Assembly (NCBI GenBank): GCA_017854655.1
Contig: JAFMHF010000003.1
Span: 645 to 64,644 of the forward strand
Reading direction: 5' to 3'
Length of the DNA: 64,000 nt
From: Puniceicoccaceae bacterium
GTDB lineage: Bacteria > Verrucomicrobiota > Verrucomicrobiia > Opitutales > Coraliomargaritaceae
Within the stretch, counting starts at the first letter, position 1; each line of letters begins with the position of its first letter. The notes under the pieces are model-generated. The model was not told the DNA's origin. It saw nothing but the letters and a program-made list of their open reading frames with translations, and searched no databases. Below, one piece after another: positions 58,629 through 64,000 of this stretch. The translations under genes and the position numbers were made by a program.

Positions 58629-59465
58629 ATGAAAAAATCACTTAACCGGCAAGCACAGGCGCAGTTTGATCTGCAGTTGCGCCACCGCATCAATGCGGGG
58701 CGAGTGGCAGTGAAAGCGCAGACGGCGTTTTTCGGTCGTCAGTTTGGCCAAGTCGCCAGTGAGTGGAAGGCGGATGACACCCGGGTGACCTTTGCTGACT
58801 TTGCGATCTCGGAGAATGTGTTTGCGGCGCTGCGGCGAGATTTCGCAGAGGATGACTATTGCAGCGAAGAGGCGAATCCGCTCGATGAGGTGTTAACACT
58901 CGGCGCTGGATTCGCTTGGGTGATCGATCCGATCGATGGCACTAATAATTATGCGCTCGGCTTTCCTGTCTGTGCCATTTCGTTGGCCTTACTGCACGAT
59001 GGGATGCCGGTGTATGGCTTTATTTACGATTACAGCACCGATGCGTTGCTAGAGGGCGGCGCTGGTTTTGGCCTACAACGCAATCAAAAGACGGTGAATC
59101 GCGATCGCATGGCGGCCGATGCGCAGACGATGTTAGGCCTGCATTTTCCGATCGATCTTGAGCTGCTGGATAAGCTCAAGCCCTTGCTCGCAAAATACCG
59201 TGTGCGCTGCCTGGGCAGTGGCGCGCTGAGCGCTGCGTACGTGGCGACTGGCTATTTGACCGGGGTGGTCGATTTTCGCGTCAAGGTCTGGGACATCGCC
59301 GCGGCCTACTCGCTGTGTGCCGGCGCGGGCGTCGCGTTTAGATTTCTCGAAGCGAGTCCGTTTCCATTAAGAGCGTTTCACCCGCAGACGGATTTCTGTC
59401 CATACCTGGCGGGTACGGACGCGGTCTGCGAGGAACTGCAGGCGCAGCTGTGCAGTGAGACGTGA
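58629..59465 (+). CDS. Inositol monophosphatase family protein; ORF caller start 58617
   Basis: SEE, WVIDPIDGTNNY, LGSGAL, VWDIAAA. Confidence 0.9.
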   Translation: MKKSLNRQAQAQFDLQLRHRINAGRVAVKAQTAFFGRQFGQVASEWKADDTRVTFADFAISENVFAALRRDFAEDDYCSEEANPLDEVLTLGAGFAWVIDPIDGTNNYALGFPVCAISLALLHDGMPVYGFIYDYSTDALLEGGAGFGLQRNQKTVNRDRMAADAQTMLGLHFPIDLELLDKLKPLLAKYRVRCLGSGALSAAYVATGYLTGVVDFRVKVWDIAAAYSLCAGAGVAFRFLEASPFPLRAFHPQTDFCPYLAGTDAVCEELQAQLCSET

Positions 59466-59701
59466 GCCAGTGTTTGGTAAGCAAAGAGGCTTGTACGCTG
59501 TCTTGGTTAAAATCCAGGCAAGTCGTAGGGTTGATAGTGAGGCGAAGATGTCACAATCACATGGTTGAGGCTAATCAAGTAATCGCAGGTTTTTTTAACG
59601 AGTCGAAGGTCAACCCTAGATGGCTTAGTCACTGCTTCGAATACGGAACAGCGACTCGAAATAGAGAACCTCTAATACATCAAAGAGTGTATAAGCAAAA
59701 G

Positions 59702-60727
59702 TTACAGGAAGTAGCGCACGTAGCCGTCTTCGCGCACCTGCTGTAGCCAGCGGTCTTGGGTCTCGCGGGCGATTTCGCCGACTAGCACATTTTCGATTGC
59801 ATCGCGTACTTCGGTTACGGGCTGAATGAGTTCCTCGCGCTTAGCTTCACAGTAAAGGATGAAGATGGTGTTGTTCATCTCCACGGGTTGACTGTAGCTA
59901 CCAGGCTGAAGGCCGAAGGCGACGGTACTGAGTTCTTTACGGATGTCTTGGCGCTCGATCCAACCCCAGTCACCACCCTTGCGGCTCATTTCGTCCTGAC
60001 TGTATTTGCGTGCGAGATCGCCAAAGTTGCCGCCTTCAGCGAGCTCTTGAATGATCTTGTTGGCGGTTTGATGTAGCAGGTCGGGACCTTCGTCTGCCAT
60101 TGGCGACAGGATGATCTGGCGCAGATGCATAGCCTCTTCCTGGTAAAAGCGAATTTTGTTTTGGATATAAAAAGCTTGGATGCGCTCAGGGCTGATCTCT
60201 GATTGAGACCTGCGATTTTCTTGGCGCATCACGTTGACCACCACTCGGTTATAGATACTTTCGCGGTACTCGCGCGCGGTGAGACCTTGCGCACGTAAAT
60301 ATGCTAAGAAGCGGCCACGGTCGCCGCCAAAATCGCGGTTGAGGACTTCGTCGTATTCCTGGTCGATGTATGACTGTGGTAGAAGTAAGCCTTTTTCTTT
60401 GGCTGCTTGGACGATCAAAATACGGTCGATTAAGTTTTGTAGCACCTCACGGCTCATGCGGTCGATGCTCTCGGAGAATTCTTTTTCAGAGCGGGCTTCG
60501 GCGCGCAGGCGTGGAATGATCGGTTCGAGCTCTCTGCGGAGCTGCTCGATAGTGATGATTTCACCTTCTGCGATGGCGGCGATGCCGTTACCCATGCGGA
60601 TCAGGGCAGCATCTTGCTGGGCATATGCGTGCTGCGAGAGGCCGAGGAGCGCGAAGGAAGCGAAGAGAAAAGAAAGAGAGCGTTTAAGCGACATAATGCA
60701 CGTGGCTGATGAGTGAATTTTGAACAA
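59702..60727 (-). CDS. SurA-like PpiC (parvulin) peptidylprolyl isomerase
   Basis: Signal peptide, SurA N-domain-like region, [16 protein letters not shown]...GGDWGW, YSQPV. Confidence 0.85.
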   Translation of the reverse strand: MFKIHSSATCIMSLKRSLSFLFASFALLGLSQHAYAQQDAALIRMGNGIAAIAEGEIITIEQLRRELEPIIPRLRAEARSEKEFSESIDRMSREVLQNLIDRILIVQAAKEKGLLLPQSYIDQEYDEVLNRDFGGDRGRFLAYLRAQGLTAREYRESIYNRVVVNVMRQENRRSQSEISPERIQAFYIQNKIRFYQEEAMHLRQIILSPMADEGPDLLHQTANKIIQELAEGGNFGDLARKYSQDEMSRKGGDWGWIERQDIRKELSTVAFGLQPGSYSQPVEMNNTIFILYCEAKREELIQPVTEVRDAIENVLVGEIARETQDRWLQQVREDGYVRYFL

Positions 60728-60780
60728 TAAACAACAGTAGAAAGGGATCTGGTGTGGTCAAGCGGCGAAAGTGGCCCTTA

Positions 60781-63700
60781 TCAGGCAGACGACTTTTGGT
60801 TGCGGATCAAGTATTTCTGGATCTCTCGCAATCTCTTCAGCGGATCTTTGGCCGTGAGTCTTGGGAAGCGTGCGCCCGTCTTGAGGAATTCGCCGCTTTT
60901 GCGGGGTTGTGCGAGGCGGCAAATTAGGCGTTCGCTCTCGCTTTCGACGCGGCGCACACCAGCGCCCTCGGCAAACACGCGCACGCGGCTTAGTTCGATC
61001 AGCGCTTGAGTGGCGCGGGGCAATGGTCCAAAGCGGTCAGCCATTTCTGCGGCGATTTCCTTAATGATCGCGTCGCTGTTGGCCAGTGCGAGGCGGCGAT
61101 AGAGGTCGATCCGTAGGCGCGGCTCGGCGACGTAGTCGGCGGGCAGGGCGGCTTCGATCAGTTGATCCGAATGATCAGTATATTCGGCGTCTTTGATCGC
61201 GGCGAAGGCGAAGCTGCCCGTGGTGCGGCGCGAGCGCGAACCACCTTCACCGGTAGCGATGAAGTCGAGCTTCACTTCGGCACGAATGCGATCGGCGCCG
61301 GGCTCACCCTTGAGGCGGGCGACGCTTTGTTTGAGCAATTGGCAATAGAGCTCGAAGCCGACACCAGCGATGTGGCCACTTTGTTGCGAGCCGAGCAGAT
61401 TGCCTGCACCGCGAAGTTCGAGGTCGCGCATCGCAATGCGAAAGCCTGCGCCGAGCTGATTGTGCTGCTTGAGCGCGTTCAGGCGCTTTTGCGCGCTATC
61501 AACCAGTGCGGCGTGGCGATGCAGTAGCAGGTAGGCGTAGGCTTGCCGTTTGAAGCGACCCACGCGGCCACGAATCTGGTAGAGCTGGGCCAGCCCAAAA
61601 CGGTCGGCGCCTTCGATGATCAGCGTATTACAATTGGGGATGTCGATGCCTGACTCAATGATCGTGGTGCAGACCAATACATCGAACGCACCAGCGACGA
61701 ACTGGGTCATGATTTTTTCCAGTTGGCCTTCATCCATTTGTCCGTGGCCGACGGCAACGCGCAACTTCGGGTGCATTTCGCGGACTTGGTGCGCCACGCC
61801 TTCGATGGTCGAGACGCGGTTGTGCAGGTAGAAGACTTGGCCGCCGCGATCTGTCTCGGCCTGAATCGCACTTTTGATGAGATCGGCCGAGTAACTTTTA
61901 ACGATAGTCTCGATCGGGCGGCGATTGACGGGCGGGGTCTCGATCACACTCATTGCACGGGCTCCTGCGAGCGCCATATATAGTGTGCGCGGGATTGGCG
62001 TGGCGCTGAGTGTGAGGATGTCGACGTTGGCGCGCAGCTGCTTGATGCTTTCCTTCTGCTTTACACCAAAGCGCTGCTCCTCATCGACGACCAGTAGCCC
62101 AAGGTCCTGGAAGTGGACATCTTTGCTCAGCAGTCGGTGCGTGCCGATCACGATGTCGATTCGGCCTTCGGCAAGGTTAGCAATGATTTCTTTGTTCTGC
62201 TTCGCGCTGCGGAAGCGACTGACCATATCAATAATGATTGGGTATTCGGCCATGCGCTCGCGAAAGGTGTTGAGGTGCTGTTGGCAAAGCACGGTGGTTG
62301 GCACCAGCAGGGCGACTTGTTTGCCGGCTAGTACGGCTTTGAGCGCAGCACGGATTGCGACTTCGGTTTTGCCAAAGCCCACGTCACCGCAAATCAGACG
62401 GTCCATCGGCAATGCTGCCTCCATGTCCGATTTGGTGGCTTCGATGGCAGTGAGCTGATCGGGTGTTTCGGTGAACGGGAAGGCCCCTTCGAAGGTCGCT
62501 TGCCAAGGGTGATCTGGCGGAAAGGCGTAGCCGCCGTGTTGACTGCGCTCGGCGTGCAGGGTGAGTAGCTCGGCGGCATAATCGAGCGTGGCGACCTCGG
62601 CGGCGGCGCGCGTCTTATCCCATGCGGCTCCGCCGATCTTGCCGAGCTTAGGGCTCGATTTGGTCAGGCCGACGTAGCGCGTCAGCAGGTGCGACTCGTG
62701 CAGTGGTACATGCACCGTCATTTGATCCGCAAATTCGACGGTGATCACTTCTTTGCTGCCGCCTTGGATCTCTAACTTACTGAGTCCACGAAATCGGCAC
62801 ACGCCATGTTGCAGGTGGACCAGTGGATCGCCGTCCGCGAGCTCTGTGAAATCGAGCAATTGATCGACTTGCGAAATGGTCGGCCGCGCGCGTTCCTGAG
62901 TACGGCTAATTTTGCGCCGCTGACGTCCGAAGTATTCGGTGTCGGTAATTAGAACAATGCCCGAGGAGGCCTTCGTCTGCTTGAGTGGCAGCCATGTTGG
63001 CGACCCTTGACAGATGAATCCGCCAGAGATGGTGCCGTGCAGATACTTGGGCTTGAGCTTCGCGGTGAGCGGATTCTCGGCCAGTAGCTCTGCGATGCGC
63101 GCCGCCTCACTCTCGCTGGCAGTGACAAAGTAGAGTGTGCGCTTCTCTTTTTTCGACCAGTCGGCGATACTGCTTTCAAACTTGGTGCGCGCACTTTGCT
63201 CGGACTCGAAGCGATCGAATCCGACCTGCACCGCGTCTGTGTGATGGCGGTAATTGGCTGTTGGTTCGGTGGCGAGTTCGACGCGTTGGGCTTGGTCAAA
63301 CAGTGCGGGATCTGTATCCACTGAGCAAATACCTAGGCGCAGGTCGTTGGCTCGCGCGCGGTGTGCAAAGACTTGCTCGAAGCTACGGGTCTTGCTGCTG
63401 CTAGCCGTCAACTTTTCAAAGCGATAAGGATGCTCGCGGACAAGTTGCGAGGGTTCTTCAAGAATCCATGTAATCGGCTGATCAGTTAAATAATCGATCA
63501 GCTGCCCATCTGCGGCGTTGGTTTCTTTAGCACTTTCGGCGGCCGAGATCGTAATGTTGCCAACCTTTTCTAGTGTGCGTTGAGAGCTGGGGTCAAAGCT
63601 GCGAATGCTCTCAATCTCGTCGCCAAAGAAGTCGAGTCGGTAAGGCTGATTGGCATCGTAGGGATAGACATCAATCAGGCCGCCGCGTGTGGCGATCTGG

Positions 63701-64000
63701 CCGGGATGTTCGCAGAGCGCTTCGGAGTCGTAGTCGAGCTCGCAGGTGAGTGTGTCGACCAGTTGTTTGAAGGAATGCGCTTCGCCAGTGCGTAGTTTGA
63801 GTTGGCGGCTTTCAAATTGAGTGCGCTCCGGGCAGCTGCCCAGGATCGCTTCAGGCGTGGCTACGATTAGGCGGGCGTTGTTACTGGAGCGCAGCAAGGT
63901 GCTGAGCACGGATAGACGCTCGCAGATGCGGTCTGCGCGTCGAGTGGCGTCGATGTCTGGTGGCGGCACTTCTGGAAAGTGCAGCACCTCCAGTACGACC
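60781..64000 (-). CDS. mfd: Transcription-repair coupling factor, 5'-truncated by the window edge
   Basis: [88 protein letters not shown]; frame open to 64000. Confidence 0.95.
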   Translation of the reverse strand, partial: VVLEVLHFPEVPPPDIDATRRADRICERLSVLSTLLRSSNNARLIVATPEAILGSCPERTQFESRQLKLRTGEAHSFKQLVDTLTCELDYDSEALCEHPGQIATRGGLIDVYPYDANQPYRLDFFGDEIESIRSFDPSSQRTLEKVGNITISAAESAKETNAADGQLIDYLTDQPITWILEEPSQLVREHPYRFEKLTASSSKTRSFEQVFAHRARANDLRLGICSVDTDPALFDQAQRVELATEPTANYRHHTDAVQVGFDRFESEQSARTKFESSIADWSKKEKRTLYFVTASESEAARIAELLAENPLTAKLKPKYLHGTISGGFICQGSPTWLPLKQTKASSGIVLITDTEYFGRQRRKISRTQERARPTISQVDQLLDFTELADGDPLVHLQHGVCRFRGLSKLEIQGGSKEVITVEFADQMTVHVPLHESHLLTRYVGLTKSSPKLGKIGGAAWDKTRAAAEVATLDYAAELLTLHAERSQHGGYAFPPDHPWQATFEGAFPFTETPDQLTAIEATKSDMEAALPMDRLICGDVGFGKTEVAIRAALKAVLAGKQVALLVPTTVLCQQHLNTFRERMAEYPIIIDMVSRFRSAKQNKEIIANLAEGRIDIVIGTHRLLSKDVHFQDLGLLVVDEEQRFGVKQKESIKQLRANVDILTLSATPIPRTLYMALAGARAMSVIETPPVNRRPIETIVKSYSADLIKSAIQAETDRGGQVFYLHNRVSTIEGVAHQVREMHPKLRVAVGHGQMDEGQLEKIMTQFVAGAFDVLVCTTIIESGIDIPNCNTLIIEGADRFGLAQLYQIRGRVGRFKRQAYAYLLLHRHAALVDSAQKRLNALKQHNQLGAGFRIAMRDLELRGAGNLLGSQQSGHIAGVGFELYCQLLKQSVARLKGEPGADRIRAEVKLDFIATGEGGSRSRRTTGSFAFAAIKDAEYTDHSDQLIEAALPADYVAEPRLRIDLYRRLALANSDAIIKEIAAEMADRFGPLPRATQALIELSRVRVFAEGAGVRRVESESERLICRLAQPRKSGEFLKTGARFPRLTAKDPLKRLREIQKYLIRNQKSSA

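Noticed and set aside
59462-59746. 94-aa plus-strand ORF
   Set aside because: No motifs; overlaps the convergent surA-like 3' end; probably spurious.
63985-63987. ORF-caller start for mfd (MLHFP)
   Set aside because: It is a CTG in a frame that stays open to the window edge; the true start lies beyond 64000.

Overview
About 57 kb of this window (1 to ~56,921) looks like the right-hand part of an integrative, mobilisable genomic island inserted at the 3' end of tRNA-Ser(CGA) (56,922-57,011, minus strand). The left end and attL are not in view. From left to right the island carries: (i) a defence block with an Avs4-like STAND NTPase, a four-gene Wadjet/MksFEBG-like operon, a Lit-family peptidase and a frameshifted HEPN remnant; (ii) mobilisation functions (MOBF relaxase-helicase, candidate oriT, VirD4-like ATPase) but no mating-pair-formation genes in view; (iii) a translationally coupled run of poorly characterised genes (HNH-like, CRR6-like, two PcfJ-like paralogues, CbbX/SpoVK-type AAA+, DUF3987-like); (iv) a ~25 kb heavy-metal block with three complete TolC/adaptor/RND systems, two CDF transporters and accessory metal-binding proteins; (v) an XRE/HTH pair and a large serine recombinase whose ORF reads antisense through the tRNA. 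Host housekeeping genes follow (DEAD-box helicase, inositol monophosphatase family, SurA-like PPIase, 5'-truncated mfd); they look more GC-rich by eye, and a Verrucomicrobiota-like host is an inference only. The most striking observation is in the metal block. It has no recognisable transcriptional regulator. Instead, each of the three RND operons is preceded by a small exported-looking Cys/His-rich leader ORF with an xxPP motif near its C-terminus (QAPP, GSPP, RAPP), followed by a 96-104 nt spacer whose stop-proximal end base-pairs with the translation-initiation region of the downstream tolC gene. This suggests metal-sensing translational control by arrest-type leader peptides. All family assignments are from motif recognition by eye; no searches or folding computations were run.
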